Assembly: GCA_913030625.1 (NCBI GenBank)
Contig: CAJWDN010000001.1
Coordinates: 33,331 to 97,330 of the forward strand
DNA length: 64,000 nt
DNA from: an uncultured Gammaproteobacteria bacterium
GTDB lineage: Bacteria > Pseudomonadota > Gammaproteobacteria > Pseudomonadales > Azotimanducaceae
Direction of reading: 5' to 3'
Position 1 is the stretch's first letter. Every line of letters starts with the position of its first letter. A program made the translations under genes and the position numbers. Of the stretch, positions 1-12,228 are shown one piece after another. The notes under the pieces were generated by a model. The model saw nothing but the letters and a program-made list of their open reading frames with translations, was not told where the DNA came from and made no database searches.

Positions 1-873
1 GCGAAAACCAAAGACATCCATAATTTCCGCGAAAGACTTATGTTGTGTCTTCATCTTGCGATAAATCGAATAGATGTTTTTCTGCCGGCCAATGACCTCC
101 GCCACAATGCCTTCGCGATTCAAGGCAGCGGCAATGGTGGTTTGTACTTCGTCCACCATGGCCTTGCGGTTGCCTCTCGCGTCCATGACGGCCTGTGCAA
201 TGCGCTGGGAGCGCAGTGGATAAAGCGCGCGAAAGGCAAGTTCTTCCAGTTCGCTTTTGATCATTTGCACCCCAAGGCGGTTGGCGATGGGGGCATAGAA
301 CTCGATGGTCTCGCGGGCGATGCGTTTGCGCTGCGCATCGGACATCACGCCAATGGTGCGCATGTTGTGCAGCCGATCAGCCATCTTCACCATGATGACG
401 CGAATGTCCTTGGACATGGCCATGGCCATCTTCTGAAAATTCTCAGCTTGGGCTTCGTCGCGGCTAGCGAATATTTTGCTCAGTTTGGAAACGCCATCCA
501 CCATATCTGCCACGGAATCACCGAACAGCTCAGTCAAGCCGGATCGGTTGATTTCACTGTCTTCGATAACGTCGTGGAGTAAGGCGGCCATCAACGACTG
601 ATGGTCCATATTCATATTCGCCAAGATTTGGGCAACGGCCATGGGGTGAGTAATGTACTCGTGCCCAGTGCGGCGAATTTGCCCTTCGTGCGCTTTGCGC
701 GCGTAGTCGTGCGCGGCTTTGACGAGGTCGATTTCCTCGTCTTTCAGGTAGGTAAGCTTGGATAGAAGAGATTCAATGGTTGCCGGGGCCGCGACGTCAG
801 ATCGTTTGGCCTCAGCCGCCAGCTGGGCGACAAAGTATGACTCTTGGTGAGCCTCAGTTTGCTGCAGGCTCAT
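1..873 (-). CDS. spoT: Bifunctional (p)ppGpp synthetase/hydrolase SpoT, N-terminal part (gene continues beyond the window's left edge)
   Basis: Absent from the ORF track because it runs off the edge. Manual minus-strand translation from the ATG at 871-873 gives [18 protein letters not shown]...[24 protein letters not shown]...[10 protein letters not shown], the HD hydrolase domain of the RelA/SpoT family. The frame stays open to nt 1. It lies directly downstream of rpoZ with a 20-nt overlap, the classic rpoZ-spoT arrangement. Confidence 0.85.
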   Translation of the reverse strand, partial: MSLQQTEAHQESYFVAQLAAEAKRSDVAAPATIESLLSKLTYLKDEEIDLVKAAHDYARKAHEGQIRRTGHEYITHPMAVAQILANMNMDHQSLMAALLHDVIEDSEINRSGLTELFGDSVADMVDGVSKLSKIFASRDEAQAENFQKMAMAMSKDIRVIMVKMADRLHNMRTIGVMSDAQRKRIARETIEFYAPIANRLGVQMIKSELEELAFRALYPLRSQRIAQAVMDARGNRKAMVDEVQTTIAAALNREGIVAEVIGRQKNIYSIYRKMKTQHKSFAEIMDVFGFR

Positions 874-1150
874 TGTCTCCCAACGGGCCCGCGCTCAAAT
901 TTGAGAAGCTGAAATCTGTGTTGACCTCTTCATCATCAGGCGAGATTTCTTGGCTATCCAACAGCTCGTGGCTCATCACGCCCTTGGCAATCTCTCGCAG
1001 CGCTATGACCGTTGGCTTGTCATTTTCTTCATCGACAAGCGCCTCGGTATTGTAGTTGCGCAGTGCTCTGGCGCGTCGGCTCGCAAGCATGACCAAGTCA
1101 AATCGGTTATCAACATGATCTAAACAATCTTCGACGGTAATTCGGGCCAT
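854..1150 (-). CDS. rpoZ: DNA-directed RNA polymerase subunit omega
   Basis: The 98-aa ORF begins [30 protein letters not shown], the canonical RpoZ N-terminus. It sits between gmk and spoT. Confidence 0.95.
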   Translation of the reverse strand: MARITVEDCLDHVDNRFDLVMLASRRARALRNYNTEALVDEENDKPTVIALREIAKGVMSHELLDSQEISPDDEEVNTDFSFSNLSAGPLGDNEPAAN

Positions 1151-1226
1151 GAGAATCTCGTATTAGGTGCCGGGAACGGGCTGCGAGAATACATACTGCC
1201 CCATATAAGTACAAGATCGCTGATGT

Positions 1227-1844
1227 TTATCCATCAAAATGCACCAGTGCTTGCACGGCCGGTTGCTGCAACTGAACGGTTTTTTGCAGTCGCGCTGCGC
1301 GCACGATGGCAACAAAATCTTGTATTGCAGTATCGAAGTCCTGATTAACCACTAAGTAGTCAAAGTGCTGGGCTTGGGACATGTCGAGCTTTGCTTCGCT
1401 GAGCCGCTTCGCGATGCTTTCTTGAGTATCTTCACCCCGTGAGGTTAAGCGCTCCCCCAACGCCTCGACCGAGGGCGGCAAAATAAAGATGCCCGTAGCT
1501 TGTGGCATAGCTTGCCGAACTTGCTGTGCACCCTGCCAATCAATTTCCAGGATGACGTCTTGTCCTTGCTCGCGCTTATTGGTGACCTCGGCCTTAGATG
1601 TGCCGTAACGATTACCGAACACATTGGCGTGTTCGAGAAACTCTGCGCTATCGATCATCTGCGAAAATCGCTCGTCGCTGATAAAGTGATAGTTCTTGCC
1701 ATCAACCTCGCCGCCTCGTGCTGGCCGTGTGGTGTGACTGACGGCAACAACAAGCTTGGCATCGGCAGCCAGTGCTGCGTTAACGATTGATGTTTTGCCC
1801 GCCCCTGAGGGCGCTGATACAAGGAAAAGGTTGCCAGTATGCAT
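1227..1844 (-). CDS. gmk: Guanylate kinase
   Basis: 205 aa with the P-loop SAPSGAGKTS and the TTRPxRxGEVDGxxYHF motif. It lies upstream of rpoZ as in many Proteobacteria. Confidence 0.95.
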   Translation of the reverse strand: MHTGNLFLVSAPSGAGKTSIVNAALAADAKLVVAVSHTTRPARGGEVDGKNYHFISDERFSQMIDSAEFLEHANVFGNRYGTSKAEVTNKREQGQDVILEIDWQGAQQVRQAMPQATGIFILPPSVEALGERLTSRGEDTQESIAKRLSEAKLDMSQAQHFDYLVVNQDFDTAIQDFVAIVRAARLQKTVQLQQPAVQALVHFDG

Positions 1845-2010
1845 AGTGCTCTTACGTATTCTTCTTTTGCATGCTTGTTGGCGCCGCCTCTAAGTTATCA
1901 CCCAGATCAGAGCCTGTGCAGGCGTGAAATTGTGGTTGGGTTGAGTGTAATCGAGGTGGTTACCCATTGCCCAGATGCAGCGCCATAATTTGGCGCGCTG
2001 CTGAAGCGTT

Positions 2011-2880
2011 TCACTCCATGTTTTGCACCTGTTCGCGGATTTGCTCAATGATCACTTTTAGCTCAATCGAGGCGGCCGAGGTTTCGGCGCAAACCGATTT
2101 TGCGCCTAAGGTATTGGCTTCGCGATTAAGTTCTTGGGTTAAGAAGTCCAGTCGACGCCCGTGGGGGCCTTGCCCGTTGATCAGGTCCAAACTCTGAGTG
2201 ACATGAATGCGCAGTCGATCCAGTTCCTCGCGTATATCCGCCTTTTGCGCTAGCAATACCGCCTCTTGGGCCAGCCGCTCGGGCTCAATTTTCGTTGTTA
2301 GCTCGTCAACGCGATCCTGTAGCTTTTGGCGCTGCATGGCAGGTAGCGACTGGGCGAGGGGTTCCAGTTGCTGAAGCTGTGCACTCACATCCTGTAACGC
2401 GCCCCGCACAATGGACTGCAGCTTGCTACCTTCGTCAGCACGGGCAGCGATGAGTTGATCTAGGCCCTGCGCAAAGAGTGCGATGGCGGCTTCGGCCAAA
2501 TCGTTTCTGCCTGTGTCGGTTTGACTCAACACCCCCGGCCAAGCCAGGAGCTCGTTTTGCGATAGCGGTGTGGCCTGAGGGGCTCTTTGCGCAAGCACCT
2601 GGGCGCTGGCCAGCACCGCTTCGAGCAATGGTTCGTTCACCGCCAAGGTGTGGTCGGCTACCTGAGATTCGAGTTTTAGGCTGGCGTCGAGCTTGCCGCG
2701 AGTCAGTACCTGCCTCGCCGAGTCGCGCAGCGATTGCTCAATGCCCCGAAGTGCCTCGGGTAGCCGAAATGAGGTTTCTAAGAATCGTTGGTTGACCGTG
2801 CGCAGTTCCCACACCAACAGAAACTCGGGTGACTTATGCTGAACGGCGGCAAAGCCAGTCATACTAAAAACGTTGCTCAT
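2011..2880 (-). CDS. yicC: YicC family stress-induced protein
   Basis: 289 aa. The N-terminus SMTGFA and the C-terminus EANTLGAKS...[18 protein letters not shown] are typical of YicC. It is divergent from rph, as in E. coli. Confidence 0.9.
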   Translation of the reverse strand: MSNVFSMTGFAAVQHKSPEFLLVWELRTVNQRFLETSFRLPEALRGIEQSLRDSARQVLTRGKLDASLKLESQVADHTLAVNEPLLEAVLASAQVLAQRAPQATPLSQNELLAWPGVLSQTDTGRNDLAEAAIALFAQGLDQLIAARADEGSKLQSIVRGALQDVSAQLQQLEPLAQSLPAMQRQKLQDRVDELTTKIEPERLAQEAVLLAQKADIREELDRLRIHVTQSLDLINGQGPHGRRLDFLTQELNREANTLGAKSVCAETSAASIELKVIIEQIREQVQNME

Positions 2881-3101
2881 GGCGCCCCAGTTTTGTGAAA
2901 AAAGCGTCGTTAAGACAGTGCTTGTCGAAAAATGATCGTTGCATCGCCCATACTAACGCATCTGCTCGGTGGCTACGGGTTGCTGGAAGCAAATATCTAC
3001 CACACCTCTATTGTGTCGTCCCTCGAAGTCACTTAGCGTTCTCCCGCTGTCAGCGGCAGCGATATTTTACAACAGTGGTATGCAACCATAAGGAAGATCC
3101 T

Positions 3102-3806
3102 ATGCGACCCAGTGGCCGAGCCAACAATGAGCTGAGAGAGATTCGCTTTACCCGTCAGTTCACCAAGCATGCGGCGGGCTCGGTGCTGGTGGAATTTGGC
3201 GATACCAAGGTGATCTGTACCGCGTCGGTAGAGAATTCCGTACCTGGATTTCTGCGCGGTCGTGGCGAAGGATGGGTCACCGCAGAATACGGCATGCTGC
3301 CTGGCGCAACGAATACCCGTAACGATCGCGAAGCGGCTCGAGGCAAACAAAACGGACGGACAGTGGAAATTCAGCGGCTTATCGGCCGGTCTCTGCGCGC
3401 CATGGTTGATATGAAAAAACTTGGCGAACGCACCATACGCATCGATTGCGATGTGATTCAGGCAGATGGCGGCACGCGTACCGCATCCATTACAGGCGGC
3501 GCGGTGGCCTTGGCCGATGCGCTCAGCAAGATTCCCGCCGAAGACGCCTTGATCGGGTTCGTGTCGTCGGTGAGTGTAGGGATCTATAAAGGTACGCCGG
3601 TTTTAGACCTCGACTATGCCGAAGACTCCAATGCCGAAACGGATATGAATGTGGTGCGCCTTGGTGATGGCTTTATCGAGCTGCAAGGCACCGGCGAAGC
3701 CGCTCCCTTTACCAAAACAGAACTGGCTGCGCTGATCGAGTTGGCAGAAAAAGGCACCGAAGAGCTACTGCAGCTGCAGCAAGCGGCTTTGGCAGCAAGC
3801 AGTTAA
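3102..3806 (+). CDS. rph: Ribonuclease PH
   Basis: I place the start at the internal ATG (M70 of track ORF 2895..3806), giving [37 protein letters not shown], the canonical RNase PH N-terminus. The resulting 234 aa matches family size. Confidence 0.95.
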   Translation: MRPSGRANNELREIRFTRQFTKHAAGSVLVEFGDTKVICTASVENSVPGFLRGRGEGWVTAEYGMLPGATNTRNDREAARGKQNGRTVEIQRLIGRSLRAMVDMKKLGERTIRIDCDVIQADGGTRTASITGGAVALADALSKIPAEDALIGFVSSVSVGIYKGTPVLDLDYAEDSNAETDMNVVRLGDGFIELQGTGEAAPFTKTELAALIELAEKGTEELLQLQQAALAASS

Positions 3807-3854
3807 GGAAATGAATGCTGGCGATGGCCGGCGAAGAGATCGAGAGCAACCTCC

Positions 3855-4496
3855 ATGATAGACAAGCAGAACTTTGTCGAGTTCCTCGTCAGCCAAGATG
3901 TGCTGAAGTTTGGCACCTTCACGTTAAATTCTGGGCGCCAAAGCCCGTACTTCTTCAATCTGGGCTCGGTCTCTTCGGGCGCGTCCTATGCGCGGCTTGG
4001 GGCGGCATACGCCGACGCGGTGCTGCAGTCGGGCATCGAGTTCGACCTGATTTTCGGGCCGGCTTACAAAGGTATTCCCATTGCCGTTGCCACCTCGCTG
4101 GCGCTAGCCGAGCGCGGCGTCGATGTGGGGATGGCGTATAACCGCAAGGAAGCTAAGGATCATGGCGAAGGCGGATTGCTGGTGGGTGCGCCGGTCACCG
4201 GTCGGGTGTTAATGCTCGATGACGTGCTTACCTCGGGTAAGGCCATTCGTGGTGCAGCTGAGTTGATTCGTGCACAGGACGCCGAGATTGCGGGTGTGGT
4301 CATCGCATTAGATCGTGCCGAGGTCATGGCAGAGGCTGAACAAACCGCAGTGGCGGAACTGGCCGAAGAGCTGGGGTCGCCAGTCGTCAGTATTGCCCAC
4401 GTGAGTGATGTGCTGGACTACTTGCAGCGCACGGCTGCTGAGCCAGAAGTCTTACAGGCCATGGGTGCCTATACGCAGCAATACTGCGCTTTTTAG
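3855..4496 (+). CDS. pyrE: Orotate phosphoribosyltransferase
   Basis: 213 aa with the PRPP-binding loop VLMLDDVLTSGKA. It follows rph, as in the rph-pyrE operon. Confidence 0.95.
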   Translation: MIDKQNFVEFLVSQDVLKFGTFTLNSGRQSPYFFNLGSVSSGASYARLGAAYADAVLQSGIEFDLIFGPAYKGIPIAVATSLALAERGVDVGMAYNRKEAKDHGEGGLLVGAPVTGRVLMLDDVLTSGKAIRGAAELIRAQDAEIAGVVIALDRAEVMAEAEQTAVAELAEELGSPVVSIAHVSDVLDYLQRTAAEPEVLQAMGAYTQQYCAF

Positions 4497-4536
4497 GTCT
4501 CGCTTAGCACCGACTAAGTGTCTGCGAAGGCTCCGT

Positions 4537-6055
<1,519 letters not shown>

Positions 6056-6095
6056 TCAAATGAACCTACACCTCGGGTGCAGGCGCTTGGCATGT

Positions 6096-7487
6096 TCATA
6101 GAAATGCCAACGAACTGTCTACTCTTTGTAGCTGGGTTTGGAAGAGAGTTTGGATCTGCTGTAGGTCCGCCTCGGTGTCCGCCTCAAAGCGCAGTGATAG
6201 CACTGGGCTGGTGTTAGAAGGACGAATCAGCCCCCAACCGTTGTCGAAGTCCACACGAATGCCGTCGATTTGGGTTATCGCCCCGCTGCCAAAATCGCCC
6301 ACCTGTGCCAGCTGTTGCATGACCGCGAACTTGTGGTCTTCGCTGGTCTGGATTTTGATTTCAGGCGTTGTCACGGTGACCGGATACTTGGCAAAGCATG
6401 CATCAGCGCTAGCAGTGGTCTGACTGAGCAACTGCAGCAGTCGACCGGCCGAGAAGATCGCGTCATCGAAGCCATACCAATTCTCGACAATGCAGAGGTG
6501 GCCACTGAATTCACCCGCCAGCGGTGACTGCGTTTCTTTGATTTTGGCCTTGATATGCGAATGTCCGGTTTTCCACATCAGTGGTTCACCGCCAGCGCCG
6601 CGAACGACTTCGGGCAGATAGCGGCTGCACTTCACATCGAAAATAATGGTCTCGCCGGGGTGCCGAGGGCATATGTCTTCGGCAAAAAACATCATCAGCT
6701 TGTCGGGCCAGATAATCTCTCCCTGCGGAGTGACCACGCCTAAGCGGTCGCCATCGCCATCGAATGCCAGACCTACGTCAGCGCCAGTCTCTTTCACCTT
6801 GGCGATGAGATCCTGCAGGTTTTTCGGTTCAGCTGGATCCGGGTGGTGGTTAGGGAAGTTACCGTCTACCTCGCAAAAAAGCGGGGTTACCGTGCAGCCC
6901 AAGCCTTCGATAATGTCCGGTGCGATACCGCCAGCGACCCCGTTGCCGCAGTCGACCACCACATTCAATGGCCGATCCAGTTTGCAAACCGGCAGCATTT
7001 TTTGCGTATAGGTGGTAACGATGTCCTGTTGGGATGTGCTGCCACTGCCCCGACTCAGCGTATTGTTTTGCAGATTCTGCAGCAGGGCCTGGATGCGCGC
7101 TTCGGCCAGGGTCACCCCGCCGATCATCATCTTCAGACCGTTGTATTCTGGTGGATTGTGGCTGCCGGTGATCATGATGCCGGTACCGGTTTGCAGCTCG
7201 TAAGTCGCAAAGTACAAAAGCGGTGTTGGTACCAGCCCTACACTGATGACATCCACGCCGCCGTCGCACAGGCCCCGGGTGAGCGAGGCTTCAAGACCCG
7301 GACTCGACAGGCGCCCGTCGCGACCAACGACCGTGGTGCTCTGCTGCTGAGCCAGCGCAGCGGTCGCAAAGCTGCGGCCAATCCAATACACCACTGCTTC
7401 GGTCAGATTCTCCGTGGTGATGCCGCGGATGTCGTAGGCTCGAAAAATGCCAGCGTCGAGATCGGCGGGTGGGTGGGCATCCGTCAT
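6096..7487 (-). CDS. algC: Phosphomannomutase/phosphoglucomutase
   Basis: 463 aa with the active-site loop ITGSHNPPEYNG and the Mg-binding motif FDGDGDR. It is adjacent to argB, as algC is in Pseudomonas. Confidence 0.9.
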   Translation of the reverse strand: MTDAHPPADLDAGIFRAYDIRGITTENLTEAVVYWIGRSFATAALAQQQSTTVVGRDGRLSSPGLEASLTRGLCDGGVDVISVGLVPTPLLYFATYELQTGTGIMITGSHNPPEYNGLKMMIGGVTLAEARIQALLQNLQNNTLSRGSGSTSQQDIVTTYTQKMLPVCKLDRPLNVVVDCGNGVAGGIAPDIIEGLGCTVTPLFCEVDGNFPNHHPDPAEPKNLQDLIAKVKETGADVGLAFDGDGDRLGVVTPQGEIIWPDKLMMFFAEDICPRHPGETIIFDVKCSRYLPEVVRGAGGEPLMWKTGHSHIKAKIKETQSPLAGEFSGHLCIVENWYGFDDAIFSAGRLLQLLSQTTASADACFAKYPVTVTTPEIKIQTSEDHKFAVMQQLAQVGDFGSGAITQIDGIRVDFDNGWGLIRPSNTSPVLSLRFEADTEADLQQIQTLFQTQLQRVDSSLAFL

Positions 7488-7527
7488 AACGTTTGAAACC
7501 TAATAATAGTCGTTAGTAAAGTGTGTG

Positions 7528-8796
7528 TTATGGTGATTTTTTTTCGCCAATGAGTTTTTCGCCAAAGAGCTCGATGACCTGCTGCATGAGTTGCTCGCCT
7601 ATGGCGGTTTTTGGCTGCCTACCAAAGTTGATTTCGCCGCCCTCGTGAATCAGCGTCACCGCATTGTCTGTGCTATTGAAACCAATGCTTTGATCAGACA
7701 CGTCGTTCACCACAATGGCGTCGAGGCCCTTGCGCACGCGCTTGTCGCGCGCATGTTGCAGAGTGTCATGGGTTTCCGCCGCAAAACCGATCACGATGTT
7801 GGTCTGCCCTGCTGCAACCACACTCGCAATGATGTCCGGGTTTTCCACCAGCGATAGTCCAACATCTTGATTTGCCTGCAAGTGGCGTTTGATTTTTTGT
7901 GCCTCTGCGTTTGCGGGCCGATAGTCAGCAACAGCGGCAACGCCAATGAAGACGTCGGCGCTGGCTAGGTGCTCGTGTACCTTGGCATGCATGTCCAGCG
8001 CAGTGGTCACGTCGATGCGCTGAATATCAATAGCCGAATCGCTCACCCCGGGTCCTGCGATCAAAACGACCTGCGCGCCAGCTCGCCTCGCGGCTTCGGC
8101 AACGGCCAAGCCCTGCAGGCCAGAACTGTGGTTGCTGATGTAGCGCACTGGGTCTATGGCCTCTCGGGTGGGGCCGGTGGTGACGATCACGGTGCGGCCG
8201 GCTAGCGCGCCTGCTGAAGCGCTGCTTGACCCAATGGCTGTTTGTCTCGTAGCCGCCAACGCGAGAACCAAGCCTTCTGGCTCTGTCATACGTCCCGGAC
8301 CTTGATCTCCGCAGGCCTGATCTCCGCTATCTGGACCGATCACTTGATAACCATCGGTGGTTAGCGTGGCGAGATTCCGCTGGACGGCAGAATGCTGAAA
8401 CATCTGCTGGTTCATAGCCGGGGCAAGGCTGATGGGTGCAGCACTGGCCAAGCATAGGGTGTATAGCAGGTTGGACGCTTCCCCGGCGGCTAATCGTGCA
8501 ATGGCATCGGCAGTGGCAGGGGCGATGAGAATCTGATCTGCCCAGCGCGCCAACTCAATATGGCCCATGGCGGCTTCTGCCGCCGGATCCCACAAATCGT
8601 CGCGTACAGGATTGCCGCTGACCGCCTGAAGTGTCGTCGCCGTCACGAAGCGGTGGGCATTTTCGCTCATCACTACCTGAATATTCGCACCCGCTTCGAC
8701 GAGTTGGCGCACAAGCATTGGCGTTTTATAGGCGGCAATCCCGCCGGTAATACCAAGCAGAATATTTTGACCTGACAGAGTCGAGTGTTCTGTCAT
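7528..8796 (-). CDS. coaBC: Bifunctional phosphopantothenoylcysteine decarboxylase / phosphopantothenate-cysteine ligase
   Basis: From M25 of the track ORF the sequence reads MTEHSTLSGQNILLGITGGIAAYK, the flavoprotein N-terminal motif. The CoaB domain follows in the C-terminal half. A GAGG lies about 8 nt upstream of this ATG. Confidence 0.9.
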   Translation of the reverse strand: MTEHSTLSGQNILLGITGGIAAYKTPMLVRQLVEAGANIQVVMSENAHRFVTATTLQAVSGNPVRDDLWDPAAEAAMGHIELARWADQILIAPATADAIARLAAGEASNLLYTLCLASAAPISLAPAMNQQMFQHSAVQRNLATLTTDGYQVIGPDSGDQACGDQGPGRMTEPEGLVLALAATRQTAIGSSSASAGALAGRTVIVTTGPTREAIDPVRYISNHSSGLQGLAVAEAARRAGAQVVLIAGPGVSDSAIDIQRIDVTTALDMHAKVHEHLASADVFIGVAAVADYRPANAEAQKIKRHLQANQDVGLSLVENPDIIASVVAAGQTNIVIGFAAETHDTLQHARDKRVRKGLDAIVVNDVSDQSIGFNSTDNAVTLIHEGGEINFGRQPKTAIGEQLMQQVIELFGEKLIGEKKSP

Positions 8797-8891
8797 CGAC
8801 CATACCTCTGTGTGATGCAAAAAACGAAAAATGACATCGGGCCAACGTTGGTAGCGTTTATCCAACACTCACCCCCAGATAAGGAAAGTGA

Positions 8892-9623
8892 ATGACAGCG
8901 AAACACCCCGATGAAGTGCGTGGTGAGGATAACATCGAAGCACCGAGCAACGTAATTGCTAACTGGTTGGAAGACGAGCAACCGCGGACCAGAATGGCTC
9001 GTTACGGGGCCGCGCAAATGCCTACTGCTGAACTGCTCGCCCTGTGTTTGAGCAGCGGCTTACCTGGCGAAAATGCGGTTTTGTTGTCCCAGCGCCTTTT
9101 ACAACAATTTGGCGGTGTGCAGGCATTGTTGTCTGCGCCCATCCAGCAACTTATGTCGGTGCGCGGTGTGGGTCCGGCCAAGGCCACTCGTTTGAAGGCG
9201 ATCCACGAGCTGAGCGTGAGAGAAACCGAAGCTCAGCTAAAGCGCTCGCAGAGCTTTGGCGAACCCGCCGCAGTGGCAACCTTTTTGCGCAAGCGACTCG
9301 GGCATCTGGGTCACGAGGCCTTTGGCTGTTTGTTTCTCAATGCCAAAAACGAACACATTGCCTTCGAGATTTTGTTCCGTGGCTCCATTGACCGCACTCA
9401 TGTGCATGCGCGGGAAGTGTTGAAGCGGGGGCTTGAATTGAACGCGGCAGCGCTGATCGTTTGTCACAATCACCCGTCCGGCAACGCGGAGCCCAGTCAG
9501 GCTGATATAGGCTTGACGCGCTTATTATTCGACCTGCTCGAAAAAGTTGAGATACGGCTGCTCGATCACGTGGTGGTGAGCACTAACACTTGGGTATCGC
9601 TGCAGTTGCGGGGTTTGCTGTGA
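8892..9623 (+). CDS. radC: RadC-family JAB/MPN domain protein (UPF0758)
   Basis: Has a helix-hairpin-helix region (LMSVRGVGPAKA) and the JAMM motif HNHPSGNAEPSQAD. It is divergent from coaBC and upstream of rpmB, as in E. coli. The exact start is uncertain. Confidence 0.85.
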   Translation: MTAKHPDEVRGEDNIEAPSNVIANWLEDEQPRTRMARYGAAQMPTAELLALCLSSGLPGENAVLLSQRLLQQFGGVQALLSAPIQQLMSVRGVGPAKATRLKAIHELSVRETEAQLKRSQSFGEPAAVATFLRKRLGHLGHEAFGCLFLNAKNEHIAFEILFRGSIDRTHVHAREVLKRGLELNAAALIVCHNHPSGNAEPSQADIGLTRLLFDLLEKVEIRLLDHVVVSTNTWVSLQLRGLL

Positions 9624-9640
9624 GCACGGCCCAATCTTAG

Positions 9641-9669
9641 TTGCCCTGCTAGGGCCACTTTGGTATAAA
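9641..9669 (+). promoter_or_regulatory. Putative sigma70 promoter for rpmB-rpmG
   Basis: TTGCCC (9641-9646), a 17-nt spacer, then TATAAA (9664-9669), about 30 nt upstream of the rpmB ATG. This is pattern-based only. Confidence 0.45.
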
Positions 9670-9698
9670 CGCGCCTCAAATTTTTTGGGACTACGGTT

Positions 9699-9935
9699 AT
9701 GTCCAAAGTATGCCAAGTGACAGGCAAGCGCCCGATGGCTGGAAACAACGTCAGCCACGCGATGAATAAGACTCGACGGCGCTTTTTGCCGAATCTGCAC
9801 ACCCATCGTTTCTGGGTCGAGGCAGAAAAGCGCTATGTGAAGTTGCGCGTGTCATCCAACGGGATGCGCATCATCGATAAGAAAGGCATCGACGAGGTGC
9901 TAAAGGACGTTCGCGCTGCAGGCCACAAGGTTTAA
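9699..9935 (+). CDS. rpmB: 50S ribosomal protein L28
   Basis: [33 protein letters not shown] is the canonical L28 sequence. Confidence 0.97.
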   Translation: MSKVCQVTGKRPMAGNNVSHAMNKTRRRFLPNLHTHRFWVEAEKRYVKLRVSSNGMRIIDKKGIDEVLKDVRAAGHKV

Positions 9936-9996
9936 CCGCCACGCTGCGCAAAGCCGTCGTTGCCATATGTCGTTGCCATAGATAGGGAGCTAAATC

Positions 9997-10152
9997 ATGC
10001 GAGATAAAATCAAGTTGGTTTCAAGTGCCGGTACCGGCCACTACTACACCACTGACAAAAACAAAAAGAACACACCGGATAAAATGGAGATCAAAAAGTA
10101 TGATCCCGTCGTCCGCAAGCATGTGATCTACAAAGAAGGCAAAATCAAGTAA
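9997..10152 (+). CDS. rpmG: 50S ribosomal protein L33
   Basis: Too short for the ORF track. Manual translation gives [51 protein letters not shown] (51 aa), and AGGGAG lies upstream. It follows rpmB. Confidence 0.95.
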   Translation: MRDKIKLVSSAGTGHYYTTDKNKKNTPDKMEIKKYDPVVRKHVIYKEGKIK

Positions 10153-10155
10153 CAG

Positions 10156-10992
10156 ATGCCTGAACTCCCGGAAGTCGAAACGACTCGACGGGGAATCGAA
10201 CCCTTTCTCAGCGGCCAGACGATTGCGCGAATTAACGTTCGCGAGAGTCGTCTTCGATGGCCGGTAGCGCTACCCGATCATCTGTCGGGTAGCATGGTCA
10301 AAAGCGTCGCTCGACGCGCGAAATATATTTTGATTGAAACAGCAAGCGGAGCGCTCATCGTACACTTGGGTATGTCGGGCAGCCTGCGTGTGGTGGCTCC
10401 CAATGATGCGCCGCGGCTGCACGATCATATCGACATCGAGGTGAGGAACGGCCAATGGCTGCGCTACAACGACCCTCGGCGTTTTGGAAGTTTTCACTTT
10501 GCCGAACATCCCAGCGCGCAACACTGGCTGCTCAAAAATCTGGGACCGGAGCCGTTGGGTAATGAATTCTCCGGCGATTATCTGTTCGCCACCTCGCGCA
10601 AGCGCAAGGTGGCGGTGAAGAATCACATTATGGACGGCAAGGTAGTGGTGGGTGTGGGCAACATTTACGCAGCGGAATCGCTGTTTCGAGCCGGTATCCG
10701 GCCGTCTACGCCGGCATGCAAGGTAAGCCGGTTGGCTTATCGCTTTCTCGCAGAGGCGATTCGAGAGATCTTGGCGAATGCCATAAACGTTGGCGGCACA
10801 ACGCTAAGGGACTTTGTCGGGTCTGATGGTCAGCCCGGCTATTTTAAGCAGAGTCTTAATGTATATGGCCGCCAGAGAGAAGCCTGCAACGTCTGTCAGT
10901 CATTGTTGAAGCTACAGATTTTGGGCCAGCGCAGTACAGTGTACTGCCCAACATGCCAGACCTTCTCAGGCTGGAAGCGACCGGTCTGTTAG
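10156..10992 (+). CDS. mutM: Formamidopyrimidine-DNA glycosylase
   Basis: MPELPEVETTRRG N-terminus and a C-terminal zinc finger (CNVCQ...CPTCQ). 278 aa. Confidence 0.95.
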   Translation: MPELPEVETTRRGIEPFLSGQTIARINVRESRLRWPVALPDHLSGSMVKSVARRAKYILIETASGALIVHLGMSGSLRVVAPNDAPRLHDHIDIEVRNGQWLRYNDPRRFGSFHFAEHPSAQHWLLKNLGPEPLGNEFSGDYLFATSRKRKVAVKNHIMDGKVVVGVGNIYAAESLFRAGIRPSTPACKVSRLAYRFLAEAIREILANAINVGGTTLRDFVGSDGQPGYFKQSLNVYGRQREACNVCQSLLKLQILGQRSTVYCPTCQTFSGWKRPVC

Positions 10993-11468
10993 TCCTTGGC
11001 CAGTGCTGCCATCACGGCGGGATCGACAAACTGAGAGATGTCGCCGCCCAAGGCTGAGATCTCTCGCACCAGCGTGGATGAGATGAACGAGCAGTCACGA
11101 GAGGTCGGTAAAAAGACGTACTCAAGCTGCGGGTCCAGAGAGCGATTCATCTCCGCCATTTGAAACTCGTAATCAAAATCCGTCACCGTGCGCAGCCCGC
11201 GCAGCACAAAGCGCGTGTTTTTCGCTCGCACGAAGTCCACCAACAAACTGTTGAAGCCTTCTACAGATACGCGGTCACCGTAGGTTGCAAGCACTTCGCG
11301 GCATAGCTCCATGCGATCTTTCAGCGCAACCGCGGGGTCTTTTTGCGCAGATGTACCTATGGCGAGCACCACATGATCAAAGAGCGTCAACGCCCGCTCG
11401 ACAAGGTCGGTATGACCGTTAGTTATCGGGTTAAATGACCCAGGGTAGACGACGATGCGTTCAGCCAT
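10989..11468 (-). CDS. coaD: Phosphopantetheine adenylyltransferase
   Basis: 159 aa with YPGSFNPITNGHTDLV (the HxGH motif). It is convergent with mutM and overlaps it by 4 nt. Confidence 0.95.
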   Translation of the reverse strand: MAERIVVYPGSFNPITNGHTDLVERALTLFDHVVLAIGTSAQKDPAVALKDRMELCREVLATYGDRVSVEGFNSLLVDFVRAKNTRFVLRGLRTVTDFDYEFQMAEMNRSLDPQLEYVFLPTSRDCSFISSTLVREISALGGDISQFVDPAVMAALAKD

Positions 11469-11519
11469 GCCGTGATTTCCTTACCAATCAAAAGCGCGTT
11501 ATTGCGAGGTCAGCGGATG

Positions 11520-12119
11520 CTAACCTCGCGTTAGGTTCGGCGCAATTAGCCAGCTTCGGGTGTTGCCGGCCTTTGTTGATCTTAGCTGCTCGAGCCTGTG
11601 TTGCTGCATCAGCGCCTCGACGACGGCTTCTTGCTGTTGCTCAAATTCGAGATACACAGCCTGTTGCACAAGGTTTCGTTCGACCAGCTGGGTGACGGCG
11701 TTTGTCAGCAGCTGGGTGTCGGCAAATGGCGGGTCGATAAAGACAAAGTCGAAGGGCTCTAAGGGCGTGTCGAGAAAACTCAGGGCATCGCCATTGTGCA
11801 GGCTGCACCGTGTTGATAAATCAAAGCTCTCAAGGGCTGCATCAATATGCTTGGCCGCCCTGCCATGATTTTCTACAAACACGACCTCGCCAGCGCCGAT
11901 GGAGGCTGCCTCTAGGCCAAGAACCCCGGATCCTGCGAACAGATCGAGGCACCGCGCATCAGTAAGTGTCGGGCGTATCCAGTTAAACAAAGTCTCCCGG
12001 GTGCGCCCTAGTGTTGGGCGCAGACCCTCGATATCGGGAAAGGTCAGTTTGCGGCCTCGCAGTGTGCCGCTGTTTATACGCACTTCCTGACTTTTGCCTT
12101 GCCGAACTTTTTTTTTCAA
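11520..12119 (-). CDS. rsmD: 16S rRNA (guanine966-N2)-methyltransferase
   Basis: Has the SAM-binding LDLFAGSGVLGLEA and the DPPF motif (VFIDPPFA). It is divergent from ftsY, as in E. coli. Confidence 0.9.
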   Translation of the reverse strand: MKKKVRQGKSQEVRINSGTLRGRKLTFPDIEGLRPTLGRTRETLFNWIRPTLTDARCLDLFAGSGVLGLEAASIGAGEVVFVENHGRAAKHIDAALESFDLSTRCSLHNGDALSFLDTPLEPFDFVFIDPPFADTQLLTNAVTQLVERNLVQQAVYLEFEQQQEAVVEALMQQHRLEQLRSTKAGNTRSWLIAPNLTRG

Positions 12120-12228
12120 AGCAGGTAACCCGCACGCTAAGCTGTAGAGCGAATGCTATAGAATCGATCCACCGCAGACGATGGGCAGCCATGAGTATCC
12201 CTCGTAGTGTTCGCAAGAGAATCCAAGC

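Noticed and set aside
1977-2001. A GC hairpin (GCAGCGC...GCGCTGC) just downstream of the yicC stop on the minus strand.
   Set aside because: No U-tract follows it on the transcribed strand, so it is not a convincing intrinsic terminator, and gmk follows in the same orientation. It may be a weak attenuator or nothing.
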